DNA of 64,000 nt from Candidatus Latescibacterota bacterium (GTDB lineage Bacteria; Latescibacterota; UBA2968; UBA8231), in contig CBDETY010000003.1 in assembly GCA_965243025.1 (NCBI GenBank), forward strand, positions 6,144,001-6,208,000. Direction: 5' to 3'. The notes beneath the pieces were generated by a model, which was given only the letters and a program-made list of their open reading frames with translations, searched no databases and was not told the origin of the DNA. The translations under genes were made by a program, and so were the position numbers. Shown piece by piece: positions 9,887 through 20,917 of the stretch (position 1 is its first letter; each line of letters opens with the position of its first letter).

Positions 9887-10500
9887 CAGCGATTGGAGAA
9901 GAAGAGGTAGACGAGGGTGCCGAGAACGCTGGAGACGATGGCCGGTTCGACGAAGCGGCCCCAGGTGCGCTCCTCGAGCTCCAGGTCGGCGAAATCGTAG
10001 GTTTCGTTTTCCAGCACTTCCAGCCTGTTCTTGGGGATGCTGTCGCGAATCTCGGAGGTCGACTCGTGCTGCCAGAACAGCTCGCCGGCGGAAACCAGGC
10101 GCAGGCCGAGGGTCATCCTGCAGCGCCGCCAGACTTCGCCCCCGCGCAGGCCGGACCAGCCCGACATGTGCAGGTCGACGATCCGGTAGTCGAGACGGGG
10201 GGATTCCGGGGCCGCTGCCGAAGTGTCGACCGCGACCGTCAGGTTGCGCTTCAGCAGACCCTCCGCCAGAGAGTATTCGACGATCCAGTTGGCGTCGTGT
10301 TCCGACTGGGCTGTCACCAGAACCGGGAGTTCCCAGTCGATCTCCGAGTGAAGGGTGTCGAGGCCGGAAAGGCATTCGGCCACAGCTTCCTCCGCCGCCT
10401 GGATCGTCAGATCGATGTTGGTGGGAATGTAGGTCGCCGAGGCGGTATCGACGGCCGGAGCGAGGAGGAAACCCCCGGCCAGCAGCAGGAGGATGCTCAC
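9886..10500 (-). CDS. Hypothetical exported protein with C-terminal membrane anchor
   Basis: Hydrophobic N-terminus, C-terminal hydrophobic VEPAIVSSVLGTLVYLFF; translationally coupled on both sides. Confidence 0.75.
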   Translation of the reverse strand: MSILLLLAGGFLLAPAVDTASATYIPTNIDLTIQAAEEAVAECLSGLDTLHSEIDWELPVLVTAQSEHDANWIVEYSLAEGLLKRNLTVAVDTSAAAPESPRLDYRIVDLHMSGWSGLRGGEVWRRCRMTLGLRLVSAGELFWQHESTSEIRDSIPKNRLEVLENETYDFADLELEERTWGRFVEPAIVSSVLGTLVYLFFSNR

Positions 10501-11195
10501 GGGCCCTCGAGGTACCTCATTTCCATGCGGGCAGCCCCGATGTACTCGCTGTCCGGGTATTCCTCGAGGAGTTTCCGGAAGGCGCTGAGGGCGTTCTCCT
10601 TCTCCCCGAGGGCCAGGTAGCAGCGGGCGATCTTGAGCTGGGCGTCGTCGGCTTTCTCGGTCTCCATGTAGCTGAAGACCTTGGTGAACTCGGCCAGCGC
10701 CAGGCGGTATTTCCCCAGGGCGTACTGGCACTCCCCCATCCAGTAGCGGGCGTTGTCGCTCCACTCGCTGTTCGCCGCCCGCGAGACGATTTCGGAATAG
10801 CCGGCAAGCGCCGCTTCGTACTGGAGCTCGCCGTACAGCTGATAGGCCCGGTCGTAGGCGCCCTGGACGTCGAAACTCTCGCTGCCCCGGACAACCCGGA
10901 CCGGTTGCGGTTCGGGTGCAGCCGGGTAGCCGGTGCGCTCATCGGGCCGGGATTCCAACCGCGCGTACCCCTCCTCGAGCCTTTGCAGCCGCTCTGCGAG
11001 GGCCCTCTCGCGGTCGTAGGAAGCCTCGACCGCCCGTTTCAGGGCTTCGATCTCCTCGCGCATCTCGGCATCGGAGGTATCCATGCGCTGCGAAAGCTCG
11101 CTGCCCGGGGCCGCACAGGAGCAGAACGCGGCAACCGCGAGGAGGGTGACAGGGAGGAAAAGCCGGGCGGGAGCCCGGTCCGCGAGTCGGATCAT
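10497..11195 (-). CDS. CpoB/YbgF-like coiled-coil + TPR lipoprotein
   Basis: Cys-containing signal, coiled coil, then SDNARYWMGEC and KADDAQLKIA..Y, EYPDS TPRs typical of YbgF. Confidence 0.8.
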   Translation of the reverse strand: MIRLADRAPARLFLPVTLLAVAAFCSCAAPGSELSQRMDTSDAEMREEIEALKRAVEASYDRERALAERLQRLEEGYARLESRPDERTGYPAAPEPQPVRVVRGSESFDVQGAYDRAYQLYGELQYEAALAGYSEIVSRAANSEWSDNARYWMGECQYALGKYRLALAEFTKVFSYMETEKADDAQLKIARCYLALGEKENALSAFRKLLEEYPDSEYIGAARMEMRYLEGP

Positions 11196-11562
11196 CTGGG
11201 TTTCCAGGTGCTTTTGGGGCAGAAGGACGACTTGGATCTGAACCCGGGAATCGTCGCTGCTGATTGCGTGGATGTCGAGTTCGAGCCTGGGAAAATATAA
11301 AGCAAATGGTGAACCCGGGGCTTGCGGCTTCCACCCGGTCGCTCCGCCCGATTCGGCCAGCTTCGACAGTGCTGTGGACGCCTTGGATGCCCGGGGAGTT
11401 CCGGCGTGATCCCGGGTCAGCCGTGTGCAGAGGCCGTTCGCCTCGACCAGCCGGCCCGGCTTCCGGCAGCACCGGGCGATTGGGAACGTCTGCTTCCGGT
11501 ACCCCCGCACACCTTCCCGGGACTTGCAGGGCGCAACGGCCGGGGACTTTCTCAACGGGCTG

Positions 11563-12090
11563 TCAGAGCTTCAGCCGGCGCACCAGGTCCGACGAAGAGG
11601 CGCCGGTCCGGAGGGACAGGGTGCGGACGGTGCCTCCGGCTTCCTCGACTACCTCGCGGCCGACGACCTCTGCGAGGGAATAGTCTCCTCCCTTAACGAG
11701 AACGTCCGGCAGAAGTTCGGCGACGAGCCCGGCGACGCCCGGTTCGTCGAAAATGCAGACGTAGGAGACGGACCTCAGCTCGCACAGCAGGGCGGCGCGG
11801 TCCCGCTGCGGCATGAGGGGGCGTCCCGGGCCTTTCAGGGCGGCGACGCTGGTGTCGCTGTTGAGGCCGACCATCAGGGCGTCGCCGAGGGTGCGCGCCT
11901 CGCGCAGGTACTCGACGTGGCCCCGGTGAAGCAGGTCGAAGCAGCCGTTGGTGAAGACCACCGTTTTCCCCCCGGCGCGCAGCTGACGCCTGATCTCGAG
12001 CAACCGCGGCCGGGAAACCAGGTTCGACGGGGAGCGGTATCCGGGGTCGGCGATGCGGCTCGACTGGTGGGCTTTTCTCGCTTCCGACAT
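11563..12090 (-). CDS. rfaE2: D-glycero-beta-D-manno-heptose 1-phosphate adenylyltransferase
   Basis: VFTNGCFDLLHRGHV, GLNSD.SV..LKGPGRP, PDVLVKGGDY. Confidence 0.92.
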   Translation of the reverse strand: MSEARKAHQSSRIADPGYRSPSNLVSRPRLLEIRRQLRAGGKTVVFTNGCFDLLHRGHVEYLREARTLGDALMVGLNSDTSVAALKGPGRPLMPQRDRAALLCELRSVSYVCIFDEPGVAGLVAELLPDVLVKGGDYSLAEVVGREVVEEAGGTVRTLSLRTGASSSDLVRRLKL

Positions 12091-12114
12091 CGGGCTCCAC
12101 CGGGGCGAGGGCGG

Positions 12115-12155
12115 CAAGAAGATGGCCTTCCATGGAAACACCCATGGAAGGCCAT
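12115..12155 (-). terminator. Perfect 14-bp hairpin downstream of tRNA-His, likely terminator or processing stem
   Basis: ATGGCCTTCCATGG (12122-12135) / CCATGGAAGGCCAT (12142-12155), followed on the minus strand by CTTCTTG. Confidence 0.55.
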
Positions 12156-12163
12156 GTCATTAG

Positions 12164-12241
12164 TGGGGTGAGTGACGGGAATCGAACCCGCGGCCTCCAG
12201 GGCCACAACCTGGCGCTCTAACCGTCTGAGCTACACCCACC
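12164..12241 (-). tRNA. tRNA-His(GTG) with encoded G-1 and CCA
   Basis: GGTGGGTGTAGCTCAGACGGTTAGAGCG-CCAGG-TTGTGGC-CCTGG...GTTCGATTC...CACTCACCCCA. Confidence 0.97.
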
Positions 12242-12302
12242 ATGCAGCGGCTGCCGGTGCGGACCACCGGGTGCCGCCAGTTCCCTGAAGGGGGGTTTCC
12301 GG

Positions 12303-12376
12303 CGTGCCCAGCAGGACTCGAACCTGCGACATTCTGCTTAGAAGGCAGACGCTCTATCCAGCTGAGCTATGGGCAC
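12303..12376 (-). tRNA. tRNA-Arg(TCT)
   Basis: GTGCCCATAGCTCAGCTGGATAGAGCG-TCTGC-CTTCTAA-GCAGA...GTTCGAGTCC..TGGGCACG; followed by CCG, not CCA. Confidence 0.95.
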
Positions 12377-12555
12377 CGGAAAAGCTCCTAAAGCCCCGCC
12401 TGGCTTGAAGTTACAGCCGAGGTCGAGCGTCGGTAGTAAATAACGGCACAGCCGCAATCATGGCAAATCGAGGGTGTCCCACGCCTTTCGACGCTCGAGG
12501 ATGAACCTGCTCCCGGTACCTTCGCGCACTCCCTCACCGTGGCGCCGGCGGGCCG

Positions 12556-12589
12556 AAACAGGAAAACCTCCGCAAGCAGGTGCGAGGTT
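12556..12589 (-). terminator. Putative terminator after tRNA-Pro
   Basis: Minus strand AACCTCGCA-CCTGCT-TGCGGAGGTT then TTCCTGTTT. Confidence 0.45.
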
Positions 12590-12596
12590 GGATCGA

Positions 12597-12674
12597 TGGT
12601 CGGGGTGGTCGGATTCGAACCGACGACCCCCTGCTCCCAAAGCAGGTGCGCTAACCGGACTGCGCTACACCCCG
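12597..12674 (-). tRNA. tRNA-Pro(TGG)
   Basis: CGGGGTGTAGCGCAGTCCGGTTAGCGCA-CCTGC-TTTGGGA-GCAGG...GTTCGAATCC..CACCCCGACCA. Confidence 0.97.
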
Positions 12675-12809
12675 ACGGCGAAGGGGAAGATAAACTGCGG
12701 GTCCGGATCCGGGAATCACCGGGAGGCTGCCGGAAAATCCTTCCTCGTTTCCCCGGAATCACGTTACGCTGAACCGCTGTCCGGCGATCGAAGCCGGCGG
12801 CCCGGCGAA

Positions 12810-13646
12810 TCACCCGCCGGCGGGACGGGGCCGGTACTGGTTGATTTCCTCCCTCAGGGCGGAGGCCGCGCTGCGGGCAGCCGAAGCGAAATCCTCACCT
12901 GCCGAGGCGTAGAGGATCGAGCGCGAGGCGTTGACGAGGAGGCCGGTTCCGTCGGGGCGCGCCGCGGAGCGGACCGCGGTCTCGAGGTCGCCCCCCTGGG
13001 CGCCGACGCCCGGCATCAGGATGGGAAGTTCCGGGGCCAGCGCCCTTATCGACTGCATGGCCCCGGCCCGGGTGGCTCCCACCACCAGGCCGCAGTTCCC
13101 GGACTCGTTCCACTGAGTCGCCCTGGCGGCGACCTCCTCGTAAACCATTCGTCCCCCCCGAAGCTGCCGCCCCATGATGTCGGCCGCCCCGGGGTTCGAG
13201 GTCAGGCAGAGCAGGAACGTCCCCTTGTCGCGGTAGGCGAGGAACGGCTCCATGGCGTCGCGGCCCATCCAGGGGTTGGCGGTGGCGGCGTCGGCTCCCA
13301 GCTCCTCGAAGAGCATGACGGCATATCTCTCCGCGGTCGAGCCGATGTCTCCCGCCTTGGCGTCGACGACGACAGGAATGCCGTCCGGGACGTGTTCGAT
13401 CGTCGCTTCGAGCGCATCCCATCCCGCCCTGCCGAGAGCGCCGTAGAAGGCGAAGTTCGGCTTGTAGGCGCAGACGAGGTCGCAGGTGGAATCGATGATC
13501 CGGCGATTGAAGGCGAAGACCGGATCCGGCTCGCCGCGGAGGCTCTCGGGAAGCCGCGACGGAACGGGGTCGAGACCGACGCAGACCAGCGAGTCGTTAC
13601 TCGACGTCGCCGCTGCCAGCTTCTCGGAAAAGCTCGTCGAAGTCAC
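12810..13646 (-). CDS. pyrF: Orotidine-5'-phosphate decarboxylase (subfamily 2)
   Basis: LVCVGLDP, AYKPNFAFY, DAKAGDIGST (DxKxxDI), TSNPG, GLVVGAT, PGVGAQGG, NASRSI; GTG start. Confidence 0.95.
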   Translation of the reverse strand: MTSTSFSEKLAAATSSNDSLVCVGLDPVPSRLPESLRGEPDPVFAFNRRIIDSTCDLVCAYKPNFAFYGALGRAGWDALEATIEHVPDGIPVVVDAKAGDIGSTAERYAVMLFEELGADAATANPWMGRDAMEPFLAYRDKGTFLLCLTSNPGAADIMGRQLRGGRMVYEEVAARATQWNESGNCGLVVGATRAGAMQSIRALAPELPILMPGVGAQGGDLETAVRSAARPDGTGLLVNASRSILYASAGEDFASAARSAASALREEINQYRPRPAGG

Positions 13647-14847
13647 CGTATCCCAGGGTATCGGCAAGCGGTGGCAGGGGAGGCCCGGTGCCGAGCAGCC
13701 GGTAGATTTGGAGGTCGTACGGATCTGCGGCAGCAGAATCGGTCAGGGCAGAATCGGTCAGGGCAGAATCCGTCAAGGCAGAATCTGTCAGGATCGAGTC
13801 GGTCAGGCCGGCCGTGAAGGACGAGTCCGTGAAGGCCGAATCCAGACCCGCGGAATCCGCTGCGGCGGCGGTCGCGGTGTCTGCGCGGGTGGTGTCGGGA
13901 ATCAGGACGAACGGCAGGGGTTCGGGCTTCGGGCCCAGAACGAACACCACTCCGCACTGCGACAGGAAATCCCCTTCGATGTCGGCCATCAGGATGCGGG
14001 TGCCGGCGTCCCGGCTGACCTGGACGTCTCCCTTTAACGTTCCCGAGGCCTCCTCCGCCTCGACCACCAGCGGCCGGGCCCTGGCGCCGCCGAGGCCGGG
14101 GCTCCTCGCGGCGCGCTGGAGATCCCTCTCGTACCCCGCGACGCCGTAGTAAACGGCGCAGTTCCTTCCGGCGTGGGCGGCGCTGTAGATGACGCGCCCG
14201 GAAGCGTCGACTATCCGGGGAGCCAGACACGGGCTCATGCCGGTTCCCCTGGCATCGACCACGAGCCCGGTGTACGCCTCGGACCGGGTGAAGAGGAGGA
14301 GGGAATCCGCCGCGGGAACCTCTCCCGGCGGCGGCAGCGCCACGGACGCATCCGCCAGGACGGCGGCGGAGAAACGCCCCCTGAGTTCGAGCTTCAGCGC
14401 CAGACGGTAGAGGCCGGCGCGTTCCTGACGGCTGTCGAGATCGACGCGGGCGGCCTCGATCAACGCCTCGAGCTCCATGCGCACGCCGTCGTCGGCGAGC
14501 GCCGCGGTTCCCACCTTGGTCCGGGAATCCAGGGGGACTTCCCGGGCGATGCCGGCGAGGTTGCGACGGGCCGTCTCCCGGGCCGCCCTGAATCCCGCCA
14601 GGCGGCGCCGGGCGGGATTGGTGGCATCCGCCGGCGCTGCCGCCTCGCCGAACACGGTCAGGGTGCCGTTCGTCCAGTCGATTCTGCCTTTGATAACCCT
14701 CCCGTCCGACATGGCCGACAGGGTTTCGGTGTACTGCCGGGCACTGACGGTCCAGGCGCAGGCAAGCAGCGAGACCGCCATGAGCCAGGAGGAGCTGCGC
14801 AAGGGCAGCGCCGGCGGGGTGGATATCTTGCCGGATGACTGGATCAT
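13597..14847 (-). CDS. Hypothetical exported protein (LPP20-like N-terminal domain) with low-complexity repeat tail
   Basis: Signal-like N-terminus; IDWTNG, AFxAAxxxAxRNL-like segment, YTGLVVDARG..PCLAPRIVD; start may be ATG 14781. Confidence 0.65.
   Translation of the reverse strand: MIQSSGKISTPPALPLRSSSWLMAVSLLACAWTVSARQYTETLSAMSDGRVIKGRIDWTNGTLTVFGEAAAPADATNPARRRLAGFRAARETARRNLAGIAREVPLDSRTKVGTAALADDGVRMELEALIEAARVDLDSRQERAGLYRLALKLELRGRFSAAVLADASVALPPPGEVPAADSLLLFTRSEAYTGLVVDARGTGMSPCLAPRIVDASGRVIYSAAHAGRNCAVYYGVAGYERDLQRAARSPGLGGARARPLVVEAEEASGTLKGDVQVSRDAGTRILMADIEGDFLSQCGVVFVLGPKPEPLPFVLIPDTTRADTATAAAADSAGLDSAFTDSSFTAGLTDSILTDSALTDSALTDSALTDSAAADPYDLQIYRLLGTGPPLPPLADTLGYGDFDELFREAGSGDVE
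13733..13860 (-). repeat. Degenerate 15-bp coding tandem repeat ((DSALT)n)
   Basis: gcagaatcggtcagg twice exactly, then about 6 diverged copies; protein DSAGLDSAFTDSSFT...DSILTDSALTDSALTDSALTDSA. Confidence 0.85.
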
Positions 14848-14863
14848 GCAATGGGGGAAGCAG

Positions 14864-15245
14864 GGCGGAGCGGCTCAGTAAGCCGAGTTCTGTCCGCGCC
14901 TTTCGACGCGGGGCGATCATTCATCTTGGGCGGCGGTTACCCGCAACCTCCTTGCGGCCTACCCGGGAGTCGAACGAGGCGGACCACCTCTCCTCCCCTA
15001 TTCGGCCTTGCTCCGGAAGAGGTTTGCCATGCCGTTTCCGTCGCCGGAAACGCGGTGAGCTCTTACCTCACCATTTCACCCTTACCCGCCGGAACCGCGC
15101 GGGCGGTATCCTTTCTGTTGCACTTTCTGTGAGGTCGCCCTCCCTGGGAGTTACCCAGCATCCTGTCCTGTGGAGCTCGGACTTTCCTCACTCACCCACC
15201 GCGTCAACCGACGGTGGGCGGCGCGATCGCCCGAGCCGCTCCGCC
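14864..15245 (-). ncRNA. rnpB: RNase P RNA, bacterial type A
   Basis: GAGGAAAGTCCGAGC, GAAAGTGCAACAGA, GGTAAGAG, ACAGAACTCGGCTTA; terminal P1 helix GGCGGAGCGGCTC / GAGCCGCTCCGCC. Confidence 0.97.
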
Positions 15246-15345
15246 GAGTCGGGAAGCATCACCACCGGCCGCTACCGCGTCCTGCAGCCGCCTCGGGTGA
15301 TGCAGAGGTTCGGTCAACAGCGCCAGCGCTGCGGAATGGTCACCG

Positions 15346-16056
15346 CTACGAGCTGCTGTCGTCCCAGACGAGAATCGCGCCGCAGTTCTCGCAATGGAGA
15401 ACCCGCTCGTTGCGCCGGACGTTGTTTCTCTGCTGCGGGGGCAACTGGCGGAAGCAGGCGCCGCACGATTCCTTGCGCACCGCGGCAACGCGCGCGCCGC
15501 GGGTACTGCGACTGCGTTCGTAGCTCTGCAGAAGACTCTGGTCGAGGCCGCGAGTCTCCTGTTCGCGGCGGGAGTAAACGCCGTCGACCTCGCCCTGCAG
15601 GGAGTCGAGCTTTTCCTGAAGCTCGTCGATCCTCGCCTGCTGCTCGCCGACGATCTGCTCTACGTCGTTCTCCTCGATGCCGATCTGCTCGCGCAGGAAC
15701 TCGGACTCCTCGATCGCCTGCAGGATGTGCGTTTCGCAATCGGAGATCCTGGTCTTGCAGGCTTCGATCTCCATCTGCAGGGCATCGTACTCCCTGTTGT
15801 TGGTGACCTCGGAGAACCGCTCCTCCTGTTTCTTGAGCTGGTCCCTGGCCACCTCGAGCTCGCGCTCGTGGTGGCGCTGCTGCGATTCGAGCTCGGCGAC
15901 CCGCGCGCTCTTCTCGTCCAACCCCTTGCGGGCTGCCTCGATGTCGTTCTTCCGCCGCGTGATCTCTTCCGGGTACTTGCTCTTGACTTCCTCGAGCGTG
16001 CGCAGCTCCTCGTCGACGTCCTGGATCTTCAACAGCCGCAGCAGATCGTCTTTCAT
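15346..16056 (-). CDS. C4-type zinc ribbon domain coiled-coil protein (DUF164; CT398/HP0958-like)
   Basis: Long coiled coil with NREYDALQMEI, C-terminal CGAC...CENCGAIL; lies upstream of rnpB. Confidence 0.9.
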   Translation of the reverse strand: MKDDLLRLLKIQDVDEELRTLEEVKSKYPEEITRRKNDIEAARKGLDEKSARVAELESQQRHHERELEVARDQLKKQEERFSEVTNNREYDALQMEIEACKTRISDCETHILQAIEESEFLREQIGIEENDVEQIVGEQQARIDELQEKLDSLQGEVDGVYSRREQETRGLDQSLLQSYERSRSTRGARVAAVRKESCGACFRQLPPQQRNNVRRNERVLHCENCGAILVWDDSSS

Positions 16057-16126
16057 GTTCGATCCTGTCTCTCCGTCACCGCTCACAGGTGGGAACCCAG
16101 GCCGCGATCCGCAACGCAGGTCGTCG

Positions 16127-16161
16127 CAAAAAAAGAAAGTGCACCCGAGAGTGCACTTTCT
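16127..16161 (-). terminator. Intrinsic terminator/attenuator upstream of the zinc-ribbon gene
   Basis: AGAAAGTGCAC-TCTCGG-GTGCACTTTCT followed by a T-run on the minus strand. Confidence 0.75.
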
Positions 16162-16204
16162 GGCATTCGAACAGCAGGTTTCCGGACCTCTTCATCACAG
16201 ATAA

Positions 16205-16232
16205 AACTTACCCGCTTTCGACAGTCGGTCAA
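16205..16232 (-). promoter_or_regulatory. Putative sigma70 promoter
   Basis: TTGACC-N16-TAAGTT on the minus strand. Confidence 0.4.
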
Positions 16233-16270
16233 CCCGGTTGCGGCCGTGGAAGCAGGCCATCCCTCCCGCG

Positions 16271-17215
16271 TCAAAGCAACTGTCTGGCGGCCTCGGCCAC
16301 GTGCCGGTCGGTGAGGCCGTACTTGCGCAGCAGATCGTCGTTTGCAGCCGATTCCCCGAAACAGTCCGGTATGCCGACCCGCTTCAACGGGGTGGGAAGG
16401 CGCTCCGAGAGCACCTCGGCGACCGCGCCGCCGAGGCCGCCGATAACGGAGTGGTCCTCCGCGGTGACCACGTGTCCGGTCTTTCCCGCCGCTTCGACGA
16501 TGGCGTCGGCATCGAGAGGCTTGAGCGTAGGCACGTGGAGGACATGGGCGGAAATCCCTTCCCCGGCCAGCAGGTCGGCGGCGGCCAGGGCGCGCGCCGT
16601 CTGCGCTCCCGTCGACATGATGGTCACGTCCGAACCTTCGCGCAGCGTGCAGGTCTCGCCGATGCGGAACCTGTGGCCCTCGCCGAATATCACCGGCTCG
16701 GGATCGCGCGTCAGGCGCACGTACACCGGACCCTCCCAGGCGGTCGCCGCCAGCATGCAGAGTCTCACCTCGACCCCGTCGGCCGGGGCGAGAACGGTCA
16801 TGTTCGGCATCGCCCGCATGACGGCGATGTCGGATACCTCCTGGTGGGTCTTGCCGGTTTTTCCGGTGAGGAGCCCGGTGTAGGCGGCCCCGATCTTGAC
16901 GTTGAGCGAGGGCTGGGCGACGACCACCCGAAGCTGGTCGAGGTCGCGGTTGACCAGGAAGCAGGCGAAGCTGCTCAACCACGGCACGAGGCCGCAGGTG
17001 GCCATGCCGGCGGCCACCCCCATCATGTTCTGCTCGGCGATGCCCATTTCGAGAAAACGCTGCGGTCTTTCCCGGGAGACCTTGTCGGCCTTCGTCGAGT
17101 TGGCCAGGTCGCCGTCGAGGACGTATACGTCCGGGTTGGAGTCGACCAGCTCGATGAGGGTGTCGCCGAAAACGTCGCGCTGGGCCAGCAGCCGCCCGCT
17201 TGCGGTGAGGTTCAC
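16271..17215 (-). CDS. Transketolase, C-terminal subunit
   Basis: EMGIAEQNMMGVAAG, THQ, GPVYVRL, KPLD, EDHSVIGGLG; GTGA overlap with N-terminal subunit. Confidence 0.92.
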   Translation of the reverse strand: MNLTASGRLLAQRDVFGDTLIELVDSNPDVYVLDGDLANSTKADKVSRERPQRFLEMGIAEQNMMGVAAGMATCGLVPWLSSFACFLVNRDLDQLRVVVAQPSLNVKIGAAYTGLLTGKTGKTHQEVSDIAVMRAMPNMTVLAPADGVEVRLCMLAATAWEGPVYVRLTRDPEPVIFGEGHRFRIGETCTLREGSDVTIMSTGAQTARALAAADLLAGEGISAHVLHVPTLKPLDADAIVEAAGKTGHVVTAEDHSVIGGLGGAVAEVLSERLPTPLKRVGIPDCFGESAANDDLLRKYGLTDRHVAEAARQLL

Positions 17216-18090
17216 AGGGCGGCCTCTTGGGCGGCCAGCTCCTCGCGAGCAACCCGCAGGTCCTCGTCGGTTACCGGCTTGCTGTGCCAGTTGAAGTCGT
17301 TCTCCATGTACGAGATCCCCTTGCCTTTGACAGTGCGCGCAACGATCAGGCTCGGACGCCCGCGGTTTTCCCTTGCCCAGGCGCAGGCTCGCAGTATGTC
17401 GCGGAAGTCGTGGCCGTCGATCCCGGTGACTGCCCAGCCGAACGCCTCCCACTTGGCGCGCGGGTTTTCCTGGGCGGGCCTGCGCGTCAGCACCTCGTAG
17501 CCGGCCTCGGTCGCCCATCCGTACTGCTGCAGTCCGTTCCAGTCGAGGATGGCGGTGAGGTTGTCGAGCCCGTAGCGCTCGGCGACGAAGGCGGCCTCCC
17601 AGATCTGGCCTTCCTGGGAATCGCCGTCGCCGATCAGGACCCAGGTGTGGTACTGCTTTCCCTGCAACTTCGCGGCGAGGGCCATGCCGACACCGGGAGA
17701 CAGCCCCTGGCCGAGCGATCCGGTCGACATGTCCAGCGAATCGAGGACCGACATGTCGGGATGTCCCTGCAGCCGGGAGTCGACGTCGTCGAAGGTCTTC
17801 AATTCATCCACCGGGAAGAACCCCCGCAGGGCGAGCACCGCGTAGAGGCCGATCGAGGAGTGTCCCTTCGACATGATGAAGCGGTCGCGGTCCGGATGCC
17901 GCGGGGCATCGGTGCGCACGTCGAGCACCTCGAAATACAGGGAGGTCAGGATCTCGGCGGCCGACATCGGTCCGCCGAGGTGGCCGGCGCCGGCATGGTG
18001 CACCGACTCGACCACCAGGCGGCGCATCGCGATCGCCGTTCTGCGCAGCTCGACGATTCTTTCGTCACTTATTTGACCGTTGGCACTCAT
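17212..18090 (-). CDS. Transketolase, N-terminal subunit
   Basis: GHLGGPMS, DRDRFIMSKGH, LQGHP, TGSLGQG, ThDP motif GDGDSQEG...N, TVKGKG. Confidence 0.92.
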   Translation of the reverse strand: MSANGQISDERIVELRRTAIAMRRLVVESVHHAGAGHLGGPMSAAEILTSLYFEVLDVRTDAPRHPDRDRFIMSKGHSSIGLYAVLALRGFFPVDELKTFDDVDSRLQGHPDMSVLDSLDMSTGSLGQGLSPGVGMALAAKLQGKQYHTWVLIGDGDSQEGQIWEAAFVAERYGLDNLTAILDWNGLQQYGWATEAGYEVLTRRPAQENPRAKWEAFGWAVTGIDGHDFRDILRACAWARENRGRPSLIVARTVKGKGISYMENDFNWHSKPVTDEDLRVAREELAAQEAAL

Positions 18091-18272
18091 GCCTCGATTC
18101 CTCGTTGAAAGAAGCCCCCGCAAAGGGGTACTCCATTGCATCTTGACGCGGCCGCTTCCCGGCGGCCGGATGACCGGCTTCCCTCAGGTGTTTCGCGGGA
18201 TTCCCGGGAGTCCAAGGTACCCGGCCCCGTACGCCGGACGCAAAACCCCGGATGCGGATCCAACAGCCTGTT

Positions 18273-19221
18273 TCACTGGTACCCGGCCATGGCCGCCTCG
18301 CCAAGCCTGGCCACACTGTCCGCCTCGGCGTTCCGGGACGCGGCGGCCAGACTCTCCGACAAAGCTTCGAGAGTGGTGCCCAGTTCGTAATCCGCACCGG
18401 GAACAGAACCGTAAATGCGCGCGGCGCGTTCTAAAAGAGGGACCGCGCTGGCGTGCCGGCTCTGGAAAGCGAGCAGTCGGCCGAGAGCCGAGCTCGTCGC
18501 CGCCAGGTCGGGGTGAAACGGCCCCAGCGATTTCTCCTGGACCGACAGGGCCCGGCGATACATCGACTCGGCCTGCTGGAGGTCGTTGTGGGTGTACGCG
18601 GCGAATCCCCGGGTGTAGAGCTTGAGTCCCATGCCGCGGCTCGACAGGGAATCGGCCCGCTCCAGGTTTCCCCGCGCCCGCGCGACCTTGGCGAGGCCGC
18701 TCACGGTCGCGGCGAGGGCGATGTCGTGGCGCTGCAGCGTGACCTCCCCTTCGTCGCGGCGCTGCAGTATCTGCCGGAAGCGCCATTCCGCGGTGTCGAG
18801 GTCCCCGCGCGCGAGGGCGAGATTTCCCAGGGAACCCAGGGCCTGCAGCAGCTCTTCCCCGGGAGTATCGAGATCGTCGGAGTCCCCTTCGAGCAGGGCG
18901 AGGGCTTCGAGATGCAGGCTGTCGGCCGGCTCCATCAGCCCCTGTACGGCCTTGATGCGGGCCAGGGCCTGCAGGGCCCGCACCCGTGCGAAAGTCCCGG
19001 CCCCGGAGCTGTTCGCTTCGGAAAGGGCGGCGGAATAACGCTCGGTGGCGCGTTCGTACTGCCCGTTTTCGGCGGCCTTCGAGGCCTCGAGCAGGATCTC
19101 CTCCAGTGCGGCAGTATCGGGTTCACCCGTAGATTCGGTAGCCGTGGTATCGCAGCCTGCGCTGGCGGCGACTGCCGCCAGCGGCCATGCGGCAAACCTG
19201 AATGTCTGCAGAATCGATTTC

Positions 19222-19223
<2 letters not shown>
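18273..19223 (-). CDS. TPR (kinesin-light-chain-like) putative lipoprotein
   Basis: Lipobox-like SAGC; TPRs e.g. AESMYRRALSVQEKSLGPFHPDLA. Confidence 0.75.
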
Positions 19224-20910
<1,687 letters not shown>

Positions 20911-20917
20911 GCCGGTG

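Noticed and set aside
13733-13860. CRISPR-like repeat
   Set aside because: Contiguous 15-bp in-frame coding repeat with no spacers and no cas genes.
14835-15806. ORFs overlapping 14864-15245
   Set aside because: The region is RNase P RNA plus the antisense strand of the zinc-ribbon gene.
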